DNA of 25,213 nucleotides from a virus (lineage: Duplodnaviria > Caudoviricetes). The stretch covers positions 1 through 25,213 of IMG/VR virus record IMGVR_UViG_3300017908_000287; one strand, given 5' to 3'. Below the pieces are notes generated by a model. The model worked only from the letters and a program-made list of their open reading frames with translations. It searched no databases and was not told where the DNA came from. Both the position numbers and the translations under genes were made by a program. Shown here piece by piece: positions 6,824 through 14,730 of the stretch; the stretch's first letter is position 1, and every line of letters begins with the position of its first letter.

Positions 6824-6988
6824 ATGCTTAGCATCAAACTATGCTATAACCTTCCAGAATACAACCCAGAAATCCACGATCCAGATAGAGTCTTTCGATT
6901 TCTAACTTATCGTGGAGTGAGTTATGCTAAATGGGTTGACCTTAAGTCACTCAGTAAATGCATATCAAGATGGACAGTAACTAAATGA
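6824..6988 (+). CDS. Small protein with LTYRGVSY motif (54 aa), not in the ORF track
   Basis: AAGGAG upstream. Translation is MLSIKLCYNLPEYNPEIHDPDRVFRFLTYRGVSYAKWVDLKSLSKCISRWTVTK. Confidence 0.8.
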   Translation: MLSIKLCYNLPEYNPEIHDPDRVFRFLTYRGVSYAKWVDLKSLSKCISRWTVTK

Positions 6989-7013
6989 GGACCTTGACGG
7001 GTCCTCTTTTTTT
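6987..7013 (+). terminator. Rho-independent terminator closing the small-ORF operon
   Basis: GAGGACCT-TGAC-GGGTCCTC followed by seven T. Confidence 0.88.
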
Positions 7014-7022
7014 ATCTATAAT
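6994..7022 (+). promoter_or_regulatory. Sigma70 promoter embedded in the terminator
   Basis: TTGACG (6994-6999), 17-nt spacer, TATAAT (7017-7022). Confidence 0.7.
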
Positions 7023-7043
7023 TAGTGGAAGTATAATCTTTTT

Positions 7044-7214
7044 ATGGACAGAGAGAAACTCAAATTAATCGTGAGGAACCTTAAGTCTCTGGTAGATGTA
7101 CTAGAGTCTGAGGTATACTCAAATGTGGATGCATACAAAGCAGAGAACTTTGATGATCCTCCAGAAAATTACATCCTAGATTACGACGAGGTATTTGAAG
7201 ACGACGATGACTGA
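7044..7214 (+). CDS. Small acidic conserved cyanophage protein (56 aa), not in the ORF track
   Basis: Translation is MDREKLKLIVRNLKSLVDVLESEVYSNVDAYKAENFDDPPENYILDYDEVFEDDDD, with an ATGACTGA overlap into thyX. Confidence 0.8.
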   Translation: MDREKLKLIVRNLKSLVDVLESEVYSNVDAYKAENFDDPPENYILDYDEVFEDDDD

Positions 7215-7848
7215 TATTAAACTGATTAGTGTTACTCCCGATGCAGAAAAGCACATGGCATATTGTGCTCGGGTCAGTAATCCTGCTAACCAAGAGAATG
7301 AAAAGTTCTCTGGTCTTCTGCGCTATTGTGTAAAACATCAGCACTGGAGTATCTTTGAGCAGGCATATATGACTCTGGAGATTAACACCACCAGAGGAAT
7401 CGCAGCTCAAGTACTTCGACACCGTTCGTTCACATATCAAGAATTTTCACAACGCTATGCTGATTCTTCCCTACTCGCGGAGACGATCCCTTTACCTGAA
7501 CTACGGCGTCAAGACACCAAGAATCGTCAGAATTCTATTGATGATATTGACCCGTTTGTCCGTCAAGAGTTCCAAATCAAAATGCAACGACACTTTGATG
7601 AGGGAATGAAACTCTACAAAGAGATGCTCGATGCTGATATTGCAAAGGAGTGTGCCCGTTTTGTGCTTCCTCTAGCATGTCCTACTAAAATCTATATGAC
7701 CGGTTCTGTGCGTTCATGGATTCATTATATCGATTTGAGGTCTGCTAACGGCACACAGAAGGAGCATATGGCCATCGCTCTTGGTGCTAAAAGTATTTTC
7801 TGTGAGCAATTTCCTGCAGTCGCAGAGGCAATGGAGTGGGTTTCATAA
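7207..7848 (+). CDS. thyX: Flavin-dependent thymidylate synthase
   Basis: HWSIFE, ThyX signature RHRSFTYQEFSQRY, ECARFVLP and LRSANGTQKEH. ATG at 7207. Confidence 0.96.
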   Translation: MTDIKLISVTPDAEKHMAYCARVSNPANQENEKFSGLLRYCVKHQHWSIFEQAYMTLEINTTRGIAAQVLRHRSFTYQEFSQRYADSSLLAETIPLPELRRQDTKNRQNSIDDIDPFVRQEFQIKMQRHFDEGMKLYKEMLDADIAKECARFVLPLACPTKIYMTGSVRSWIHYIDLRSANGTQKEHMAIALGAKSIFCEQFPAVAEAMEWVS

Positions 7849-7851
7849 ATA
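7845..7851 (+). promoter_or_regulatory. T4-like late promoter (ATAAATA)
   Basis: Overlaps the thyX stop codon, about 22 nt before ORF 7874. Confidence 0.55.
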
Positions 7852-7873
7852 TTCACACTAGGACTTGAGGTTT

Positions 7874-8125
7874 ATGCCAACTTACCCTGTTATTAACAAA
7901 GAAAATAAGGAAACAAAAGTGCTCGTCATGACTATGAAAGAGTACGATCAGTGGAGAAAGGATAATCCGGATTGGGATAGAGATTGGTCACAAGGTTGTG
8001 CGGGTCAGTCCACAGAATTAAAGTGGACTGGTGAGGCTCGTTCCAGTGGATGGAACGAAGTCTTGGATAGAGCATCAAAACAACCTGGTGCTACTGTCCG
8101 TAAACACCGCGATTACAGTTTCTAA
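7874..8125 (+). CDS. Conserved hypothetical protein upstream of phoH
   Basis: GAGG then ATG at 7874 (MPTYPVINK...GWNEVL). Confidence 0.8.
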   Translation: MPTYPVINKENKETKVLVMTMKEYDQWRKDNPDWDRDWSQGCAGQSTELKWTGEARSSGWNEVLDRASKQPGATVRKHRDYSF

Positions 8126-8133
8126 AACAGCGT

Positions 8134-8886
8134 ATGCCTTCTAAAAGAAAGTCACAAACTCCAGTTCCATTTGGAATGTCCAATAGACAAATGAAAAGAA
8201 AGAAACCTCTCAATACGGATTTGATGAAAACCATCGATCCGTTAACAGAAAATCAACAAGAACTCTTTCGCTGCTACAAGAACGACCAAAACATCGTTGC
8301 CTACGGAGCAGCAGGTACAGGAAAGACCTTTATCACGCTCTACAATGCGTTGAGAGACGTTCTTGATACTAGGACACCTTATGAGAAGATCTACATCGTC
8401 AGGTCGCTTGTGGCAACTAGAGAGATTGGTTTCCTCCCTGGAGACCATGAGGATAAGTCATCTCTCTATCAGATTCCATATAAAAACATGGTCAAATACA
8501 TGTTTGAATTACCAACAGAATCTGACTTTGAAATGCTCTACGGTAATTTAAAGGCACAAGGGACAGTCAGTTTCTGGTCCACAAGTTTCATTCGTGGCAC
8601 TACACTTGACAACTCAATTATTATTGTCGATGAGTTCCAGAACTTGAATTTCCACGAACTTGATAGTATAATTACAAGGGTCGGTGAAAATAGTAAGATT
8701 ATGTTCTGTGGTGATGCTACTCAATCTGATCTTATTAAAACTGCAGAGAAGAATGGAATCGCAGACTTCATGCGTATCTTGAGAACGATGCCCTCCATGG
8801 ACATTATTGAATTTGGTGTGGAGGATATTGTTCGCTCTGGTCTATGTAAAGAATACTTAGTTGCAAAAATGGATCTTAATTTATGA
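8134..8886 (+). CDS. phoH: PhoH-family ATPase
   Basis: Walker A GAAGTGKT, IGFLPG, FIRGTTL, Walker B IIVDEFQN, GDATQSD and DIVRS. Confidence 0.96.
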   Translation: MPSKRKSQTPVPFGMSNRQMKRKKPLNTDLMKTIDPLTENQQELFRCYKNDQNIVAYGAAGTGKTFITLYNALRDVLDTRTPYEKIYIVRSLVATREIGFLPGDHEDKSSLYQIPYKNMVKYMFELPTESDFEMLYGNLKAQGTVSFWSTSFIRGTTLDNSIIIVDEFQNLNFHELDSIITRVGENSKIMFCGDATQSDLIKTAEKNGIADFMRILRTMPSMDIIEFGVEDIVRSGLCKEYLVAKMDLNL

Positions 8887-9563
8887 ATTTTGTTCATCAT
8901 AATTTTCTCGGTGACCTTGAACTAAACAAGAAAGAAACTGGTGGCATCCGCTTGTACAATCTCCCTGATGGTCAGTGGGTGCCATCTATTACTTCGGTAA
9001 CTTCCTTTTACAATCGTCAGATATTTGCTGATTGGCGTAAAAGAGTTGGTATTGAAGAAGCAAATCGTATCACTAAAAGAGCTACTTCTCGTGGGACTGA
9101 CTTCCATGAGGCAGTAGAAGTTTATATGAAGAATGAAGAGATAAACTGGGATGACTTTCGTCCTCTCACAAAGTTTATGTTTCACCATGCCCTACCATAT
9201 CTGGACAAGATAAATAATGTACACGCTATAGAAAGGACTCTTTATTCTGAGTATCTTGGTTTAGCGGGAAGAGTTGACTGCATCGCAGAGTACGAAGGAG
9301 AACTTGCAGTCATAGATTTTAAGACATCAGATAAAATCAAACCAGAAAAATGGTTGGAAAACTATTTTGTCCAAGAGATGTTTTATGCTTCTGCTTATTA
9401 TGAGTTGACCGGTATCCCTGTAAAGAAACTCATCACTATAATGGTTACTCCTGGTGGTGAAGTAAAGGTATTTGACAAAAGGGATAAAGGGCAGTATATT
9501 AAACTACTAGTGAGATATATTAAAGAATTTGTACATCACAATACTAGGTCAGAGGATGGATAA
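8883..9563 (+). CDS. PD-(D/E)xK exonuclease
   Basis: Motifs PSITSV, RGTDFH, LAGRVDCI and IDFKTS, in the typical position between phoH and gp33. Confidence 0.88.
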   Translation: MNFVHHNFLGDLELNKKETGGIRLYNLPDGQWVPSITSVTSFYNRQIFADWRKRVGIEEANRITKRATSRGTDFHEAVEVYMKNEEINWDDFRPLTKFMFHHALPYLDKINNVHAIERTLYSEYLGLAGRVDCIAEYEGELAVIDFKTSDKIKPEKWLENYFVQEMFYASAYYELTGIPVKKLITIMVTPGGEVKVFDKRDKGQYIKLLVRYIKEFVHHNTRSEDG

Positions 9564-9813
9564 TGAATTAGAGAAGGCGCTAAAGAATAAATTTTTCTGT
9601 CCTGCTAAGTTCGTACAAGAGATTGAAGATCTTGTCCAGAAGAATAAGGACATGAGTTACATTGATGCTATCATTCACTTCTGTGATCAGAATAGTATTG
9701 ATGTTGAGTTTGTTCCTAAACTTATCACCAAACCTCTGAAGGAGAAGTTGAAATATGAAGCAATGGAACTAAACTTTTTAAAGAAAAGTTCTAGAGCAAA
9801 ATTACCTCTCTGA
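9556..9813 (+). CDS. gp33: Late transcription co-activator gp33
   Basis: F..EIE...MSYIDAIIHFC...LITKPLKEKLKYEA.ELNFLK, with gp33-gp59-gp32 synteny. Confidence 0.9.
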   Translation: MDNELEKALKNKFFCPAKFVQEIEDLVQKNKDMSYIDAIIHFCDQNSIDVEFVPKLITKPLKEKLKYEAMELNFLKKSSRAKLPL

Positions 9814-9818
9814 TTCTA

Positions 9819-9848
9819 TTTTTGTAGGAAAAATTTTTCCGCAAAAAA
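9819..9848. repeat. Intergenic palindrome upstream of gp59
   Basis: Perfect 14-bp palindrome GGAAAAATTTTTCC (9827-9840), flanked by TTTTTG and CAAAAA. Confidence 0.75.
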
Positions 9849-9868
9849 TTACTATATTACTTTTTTTG

Positions 9869-10462
9869 ATGATGCCGTTTGATGCATATAAACAATATCT
9901 CGCGTTGAAGAATCACTTCACGAAAGAGAAGTATGACTACCATAAGTATTGTGGTAAGAGTCGTGCTACTGTAAAGTCTTTCTATAAACGGAAAGACCGT
10001 TTCTGGTTTGAAAAAATATCAAGAAACAAATCTGATAAAGAAGTTGTTGACTTCTTTGTATCTAACTTTATCACCTGCACTGATCCGAGTAAGCTTTGGA
10101 TAGGAGAAATGATACGCGAAGGTGAGGGTAGATACACTGCCTGGAAACGACGAACCCAATCCCTCTCTTATATTTTTAGAGAGGAGATTGAACTTATCCT
10201 TAAGAATACCGATTTAAATACTGTATTCGCAAGGACGACCGGTCATCCACCAATACTTAAAAAGTATCTGAGTGGTGACATATCACTTGAAACTCTGGTG
10301 ATTTGTGATAGAATACTAGGGTATCGCAATGATTATGACAAACAGTTGACCGATCCGGTGTGGGAAACCGTAAGTTTGAGAATTAAAAAATATTCTCCCT
10401 TCCTAAATATCGATGTATTTCACTTTAAAAAAATTCTAAAGGAGATTGTTCATGGCACTTAG
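9869..10462 (+). CDS. gp59: Helicase loader gp59
   Basis: Y..YLALKNHFT..KYDYHKY.GK...F.KRKDRFWF and ISLETL motifs. Confidence 0.92.
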   Translation: MMPFDAYKQYLALKNHFTKEKYDYHKYCGKSRATVKSFYKRKDRFWFEKISRNKSDKEVVDFFVSNFITCTDPSKLWIGEMIREGEGRYTAWKRRTQSLSYIFREEIELILKNTDLNTVFARTTGHPPILKKYLSGDISLETLVICDRILGYRNDYDKQLTDPVWETVSLRIKKYSPFLNIDVFHFKKILKEIVHGT

Positions 10463-10658
10463 TAATACTGAAGTACTGGAAAACCTCACTAAGCAGAAAG
10501 AGGACTTGGAGAAGAATCTCCAAGAAGGTCAAAATCAGATGGAGACACTTCGTCAAACCTATCTGAAAGTCGTTGGTGCCATTGATGCGCTAACTCAAAT
10601 CGAAGAAGCAAACAACCCAACTGAAACCTCTGAAACAGAAGTTGTAGAAGGTGAGTGA
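10452..10658 (+). CDS. Hypothetical coiled-coil protein
   Basis: GGAG upstream and a heptad-rich sequence. Confidence 0.7.
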   Translation: MALSNTEVLENLTKQKEDLEKNLQEGQNQMETLRQTYLKVVGAIDALTQIEEANNPTETSETEVVEGE

Positions 10659-10989
10659 TTTCTTTGATTCGGAGGTTGTCCGAGCAGAGATGACCGAAAT
10701 CAGTGAACTACAAGAAGACATTTATCAAAATGTCTTCAATTTTCCTAAAATGAATCAAGAAGAGAAACTCTTTCATGTCTCACTTCTTGAGAGGTTGATT
10801 GAAAAGCAGAGGATTCTTTATACTCGTCTGAGTTTATCTGATGATCCTGCTGCTAAAAGAATGAAGGAAAATATCACTGACTCTGCAAAAATGATGGGAC
10901 TTCCTCCTGATACTGATATGAATTCAATATTCGGTAATATGATTAAGATGCTTGACGTGATGAGAAAACAGATTGACAGTTCTGATTAA
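10651..10989 (+). CDS. Hypothetical protein, DUF1825-like
   Basis: FFDSEVVRAE...Y.RLSLSDDP.A pattern as recalled, GTG start, directly upstream of gp32. Confidence 0.7.
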   Translation: MSDFFDSEVVRAEMTEISELQEDIYQNVFNFPKMNQEEKLFHVSLLERLIEKQRILYTRLSLSDDPAAKRMKENITDSAKMMGLPPDTDMNSIFGNMIKMLDVMRKQIDSSD

Positions 10990-11001
10990 GTTCAGTACGA
11001 T
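10973..11001 (+). promoter_or_regulatory. Sigma70-like promoter for gp32
   Basis: TTGACA (10973-10978), 17-nt spacer, TACGAT (10996-11001). Confidence 0.65.
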
Positions 11002-11046
11002 ATCTTTGTCAACACAAGCCAAATCCAAACTAATCTAACAAATCCT

Positions 11047-11955
11047 ATGTCTTTCGCAAATCTCAAAAAGCAATCCTCTCTTGGATCTTTGACTCAGAAA
11101 CTGGTCAAGGAAGTAGAGAAGATGAATAATACTTCTAACGGCGCAGATGAGCGTCTTTGGAAACCAGAAATGGATAAGAGTGGTAATGGTTATGCCGTTA
11201 TCCGTTTCCTTCCTGCCCCTGAAGGTGAAGAACTTCCTTGGGCAAAGATGTACTCCCATGCCTTCCAAGGTCCTGGTGGATGGTACATCGAGAACTCTCT
11301 GACCACTCTTGGTCAGAAAGATCCTGTGTCAGAACACAACCGTGAACTGTGGAACAGCGGACTGGATTCTGATAAGGATACTGTTCGTAAGCAAAAGCGT
11401 AAGTTGTCTTATTACGCTAACATCTATGTTGTGCAAGACAAGGCAAATCCACAGAACGAAGGTCGTGTCTTCCTTTATAAGTTTGGTAAGAAGATCTTTG
11501 ATAAGGTCATGGAAGCCATGCAACCTGAATACGAAGATGAAACTCCCATCAATCCTTTTGATTTTTGGCAGGGTGCAAACTTCAAACTGAAATTGAAGAA
11601 AGTTGCAGGTTACTGGAACTATGATTCTTCTGAGTTCGCAGCACCTAGTGCTCTGCTTGACGATGATGATGCTCTTGAAGCAGTATGGAAGAAGCAGTAT
11701 TCTCTTGCTGCACTGACTGCTGCTGACCAGTTCAAGTCCTATGAGGATCTTGATAAGCGTCTGAAGATGGTTCTTGGTGCGAAACCAGCAAGTCGTTATG
11801 ATGAAGAACTTGAGGATGAGAGTGAAGGTCGTGGTTCATTCACGCCCGACTTTAAGTCCAAGGCACCTAAAGTAGAACCAGACATCACTCCTACACGTAA
11901 TAGTGAAGATGAAGATGATGCTCTGTCATACTTCCAAAAACTAGCAGAAGATTGA
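11047..11955 (+). CDS. gp32: Single-stranded DNA-binding protein gp32
   Basis: DERLWKP..DKSGNGYAVIRFLP, WYIENSLTTLG, YKFGKKIFDK and the acidic C-terminus DDALSYFQKLAED. Confidence 0.97.
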   Translation: MSFANLKKQSSLGSLTQKLVKEVEKMNNTSNGADERLWKPEMDKSGNGYAVIRFLPAPEGEELPWAKMYSHAFQGPGGWYIENSLTTLGQKDPVSEHNRELWNSGLDSDKDTVRKQKRKLSYYANIYVVQDKANPQNEGRVFLYKFGKKIFDKVMEAMQPEYEDETPINPFDFWQGANFKLKLKKVAGYWNYDSSEFAAPSALLDDDDALEAVWKKQYSLAALTAADQFKSYEDLDKRLKMVLGAKPASRYDEELEDESEGRGSFTPDFKSKAPKVEPDITPTRNSEDEDDALSYFQKLAED

Positions 11956-12618
11956 TTATTGGAATAGTCTGATATTTTCTCCTCTCTTTAAGGTTCTGCT
12001 CATGTATTGGGTAGAACCTTTTTCATATTGCATCATTTCTTCAAGGTCATCTTTGACGACATTTAAATACCTTGATTCAAGTAAGAATATATTTCTTCTT
12101 TCTATCTGTAGTTTTTCTTCGTATTGATAATTGGTGATGGTGGAAACAGGATACTTAGTAGTCATTCCACCCACTTGGTCATCAAAGAATGAGACTGAGA
12201 AGTTTGAATCAACTTCTAATCCTGCGGGAACAATCACTGCTCCCAAAGTATTAGTCACCTCCGTGGTTTCATAGTGATGGACGGCAGATATATTATCGAA
12301 GGTCAAATATTTTTCTAACAAATAGTTTTCAAAATTAAATTGTGTCATAGGCCACTCGCTATACACATTAATAATATTATTACAGGTTAATACTAACCAA
12401 TCTAAAGATGAATCTCCGTAATAATCATACGCAACATTATCAGGACGATCATCACCTTTTATTTGATACTTAGTGAAGATGGATACATCTTGAAAAATAT
12501 CCTCTCTTAACTTACCTCTCTTAAATAAATTCTTGACAGTAATATAATCTGATATCTTAGCATCCGGAAGTCTGCTAACATAATCAAAGTCTGGGATTTG
12601 ATTGAAGTAGTTTGACAT
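11956..12618 (-). CDS. gp53: Baseplate wedge protein gp53
   Basis: YF..IP..DY, Y.I..DDRPD.VA..YYG....DWLVL..NNI, HHYET and YE...N/E.RR.I.LL motifs. Confidence 0.9.
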   Translation of the reverse strand: MSNYFNQIPDFDYVSRLPDAKISDYITVKNLFKRGKLREDIFQDVSIFTKYQIKGDDRPDNVAYDYYGDSSLDWLVLTCNNIINVYSEWPMTQFNFENYLLEKYLTFDNISAVHHYETTEVTNTLGAVIVPAGLEVDSNFSVSFFDDQVGGMTTKYPVSTITNYQYEEKLQIERRNIFLLESRYLNVVKDDLEEMMQYEKGSTQYMSRTLKRGENIRLFQ

Positions 12619-13892
12619 CAGAAACCTATGTATTCGTTTTCCTGTTCATCATATTCATCGTTAAAGATTGGTTCAAGTTCGTTAAATGACATTGATATTT
12701 GATACTGAACTGGAGTGCCGTCACTATACGTTGCATAGTTTCCTGTTGGAGTATAATCGACACTAAATCCAGTCATTGCACATTCTTTGAAAGCATTTAA
12801 TCCTTTATGAAGGCCACCATCTTCACCTCTATGTAGATATCTAAGTCCATACGTATTTGGTGATTTTAAAAATAGATTACTCTTACTGCGGATGGGCGAC
12901 ATTGATTGCTTGAATGTTCTTATTATTTTCTTCACTTGCATTGCTTCATCTTTTGATCTTGGTGATAAGAAAAATACAAAGGAGAAAGTTCTTAATGATG
13001 GACCACCAAATAAGAGTTCCATATTTGGATTCATCACCATTCCTGTTGTCCTTTGCAACACTTGTTGTCCTTTACCTGATGCTTGACCTGCAAAATATGC
13101 TGCTATTGCTTTTTTTGCATCATCAGGATTATTTTTAATGACATTGGCATAATCACCTACCTTATCAAGACCTGGTTTTATGCCATCCATTATACCTGTC
13201 AAAGCTATATCGGCTTTTGCAATATCCATTGCATTCATTTCACCTTCACCCCATTTCACAGTTTTTGCATCCTGTATTCCTGCGGGGATTGGGAGTATGA
13301 CTGATCCTATACTTTTTCTACCACCTGCATTTCTTCTTGCATTACTTGCATAAACTCCACCCCCACTACTAGTGCTAAACTCTTGAGGAATATATTCATA
13401 GATGTCAAATTTAATGACATCTTGCTTTGATGTCGCGATATCTATGGGGTATCTGTAATTGCCATATGATATTGCTGTGCCACCCGCACTTGCAACCGAT
13501 CCCATTTCATTTGATGGCTTTGACTCTGCATTATCATTATCATTAGTTGCTTTATTCGGTTCTCCTTGAGCCCTATTATATTCCTCTGCTTCTTGAGACT
13601 TTGTGACAAAATCTCCCCTCATAGATTCCATCTGATTCTTTGAGGCTTCGTTTAGTCGTCCTTGATTTGACTTTGCTTTAGTAGAAGCCTGGTCATTAAA
13701 GTTCCATTTATTTACACTTTCTCGTTCTGCTATGACTCTTCCGCCTGCGCCTTTAGCATCACTGTACTGCAACAATTCGACAGAATAAGTCCCATCTCCC
13801 AACTTAGTTGTTCTAGTGGCAGTATAGATTGTTTCTTTGTCTCTACCTTGTCCTAAAGTTACAGGACTTATCTTACTCGTTACAACAGTCAT
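12618..13892 (-). CDS. gp48: Baseplate tail tube cap gp48-like
   Basis: YRYP, ILPIP, NPNMELLF.GP.LRTFSF.F...PRS..EA and C-terminal F.ELEPI, adjacent to gp53. Confidence 0.82.
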   Translation of the reverse strand: MTVVTSKISPVTLGQGRDKETIYTATRTTKLGDGTYSVELLQYSDAKGAGGRVIAERESVNKWNFNDQASTKAKSNQGRLNEASKNQMESMRGDFVTKSQEAEEYNRAQGEPNKATNDNDNAESKPSNEMGSVASAGGTAISYGNYRYPIDIATSKQDVIKFDIYEYIPQEFSTSSGGGVYASNARRNAGGRKSIGSVILPIPAGIQDAKTVKWGEGEMNAMDIAKADIALTGIMDGIKPGLDKVGDYANVIKNNPDDAKKAIAAYFAGQASGKGQQVLQRTTGMVMNPNMELLFGGPSLRTFSFVFFLSPRSKDEAMQVKKIIRTFKQSMSPIRSKSNLFLKSPNTYGLRYLHRGEDGGLHKGLNAFKECAMTGFSVDYTPTGNYATYSDGTPVQYQISMSFNELEPIFNDEYDEQENEYIGF

Positions 13893-13905
13893 CTAAAGAT
13901 GGTTT

Positions 13906-14256
13906 TTATTTATTTAGTACCCGTTTTCTATATTGTAATGATAGTAAGTCATCGAGTTCTTCTCTGTAAACAATATAGACCTGAGTTCCTAATTCCTCCC
14001 AAGTATATTGCCTGTAATCTCTCCAGTGAAAGTTTATACCACGAAATCCCCAAGAGAAAACATCGCTCACTGCGACTAGTGGATGCTGATCATATTCAAT
14101 GTTTGGAGTCTTTGCATAATATTTGAAGGTACAGATGCTTCCTTCTTCGGGTATAGGTGTTACAGTATCATTCAGTGCATACATTATCAATTCCATTTTA
14201 TCATCAAGATTCTTCTCAGATTTAAGATCGTCAATAACAGGTTCTATGCGGTTCAT
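13906..14256 (-). CDS. gp2 (DNA end protector)-like short protein
   Basis: F.Y.AKT....YD.HPLV.......GFRGINFHW resembles the gp2 core. Adjacent to gp4. Confidence 0.55.
   Translation of the reverse strand: MNRIEPVIDDLKSEKNLDDKMELIMYALNDTVTPIPEEGSICTFKYYAKTPNIEYDQHPLVAVSDVFSWGFRGINFHWRDYRQYTWEELGTQVYIVYREELDDLLSLQYRKRVLNK
13907..13916 (-). promoter_or_regulatory. T4-like late promoter (TAAATA) for gp48/gp53
   Basis: The minus strand reads CTAAATAAATA about 15 nt before the gp48 start. Confidence 0.6.
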
Positions 14257-14696
14257 TTGATACCTAGTTCGTCTTCTGTGATGATCTTAAATTCAATTCT
14301 TCTATCAACACAAAACTCAGTAGCAGCTTTCCACTTTGCTTTATTTACTTCCCAGGTCTTACATTCATAGATGTATGACTGAGTAACCTTTTTTTTTTTT
14401 TTTTTTGGTTTTGTTTGCTTCTTTGGTTTTACTTCAATGACGTATGTCTTTATTTCACCTGTGCTTTCTCTTACTTTAATAATAAAGTCTGGGAAGTATT
14501 TGTGAACTCTCCGGTCAACTGGAGAGATGTATGGAATGTGAAACTCCTCACTTCCCCATTGTAATATATTCTCATTTAGATCACACCACCTACAGAACTT
14601 GCGTTCCCAACTGCTACGGCATATAATATTTGTAAAGTCACCTTTGTATTTACTTGGATATGAAGGTTTGTATTTACTCTTGTAACTTTCGGCCAT
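14253..14696 (-). CDS. gp4: Head completion nuclease gp4
   Basis: KYKG....I..RSSWE, W.SEE, Y.PDF, IEVKP, N.AKW.AA and F.IITE motifs. Confidence 0.93.
   Translation of the reverse strand: MAESYKSKYKPSYPSKYKGDFTNIICRSSWERKFCRWCDLNENILQWGSEEFHIPYISPVDRRVHKYFPDFIIKVRESTGEIKTYVIEVKPKKQTKPKKKKKKVTQSYIYECKTWEVNKAKWKAATEFCVDRRIEFKIITEDELGIK
14389..14406. repeat. 18-nt homopolymer (A18 on the gp4 coding strand)
   Basis: Eighteen consecutive T on the + strand, encoding a poly-Lys run with the frame preserved. Confidence 0.9.
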
Positions 14697-14719
14697 ACAT
14701 AATATACAAGGTTAAAAAT

Positions 14720-14727
14720 TATTTATA
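14720..14727 (-). promoter_or_regulatory. Perfect T4 late promoter TATAAATA for the gp4 operon
   Basis: The + strand reads TATTTATA, 23 nt upstream of the gp4 ATG in the divergent intergenic region. Confidence 0.8.
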
Positions 14728-14730
14728 ACG

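Noticed and set aside
8090-8134. Pho box upstream of phoH
   Set aside because: No convincing tandem direct repeat with 11-nt periodicity, and the gene is only 8 nt from the upstream stop codon.
8883-9563. Exonuclease as Cas4 of a CRISPR system
   Set aside because: It lacks the four-Cys Fe-S cluster pattern, there is no array, and it sits in core T4-like phoH-gp33 synteny.
11950-11960. Abutting stop codons of convergent gp32 and gp53 with no terminator
   Set aside because: This is common compact phage organisation, and no structure was seen.
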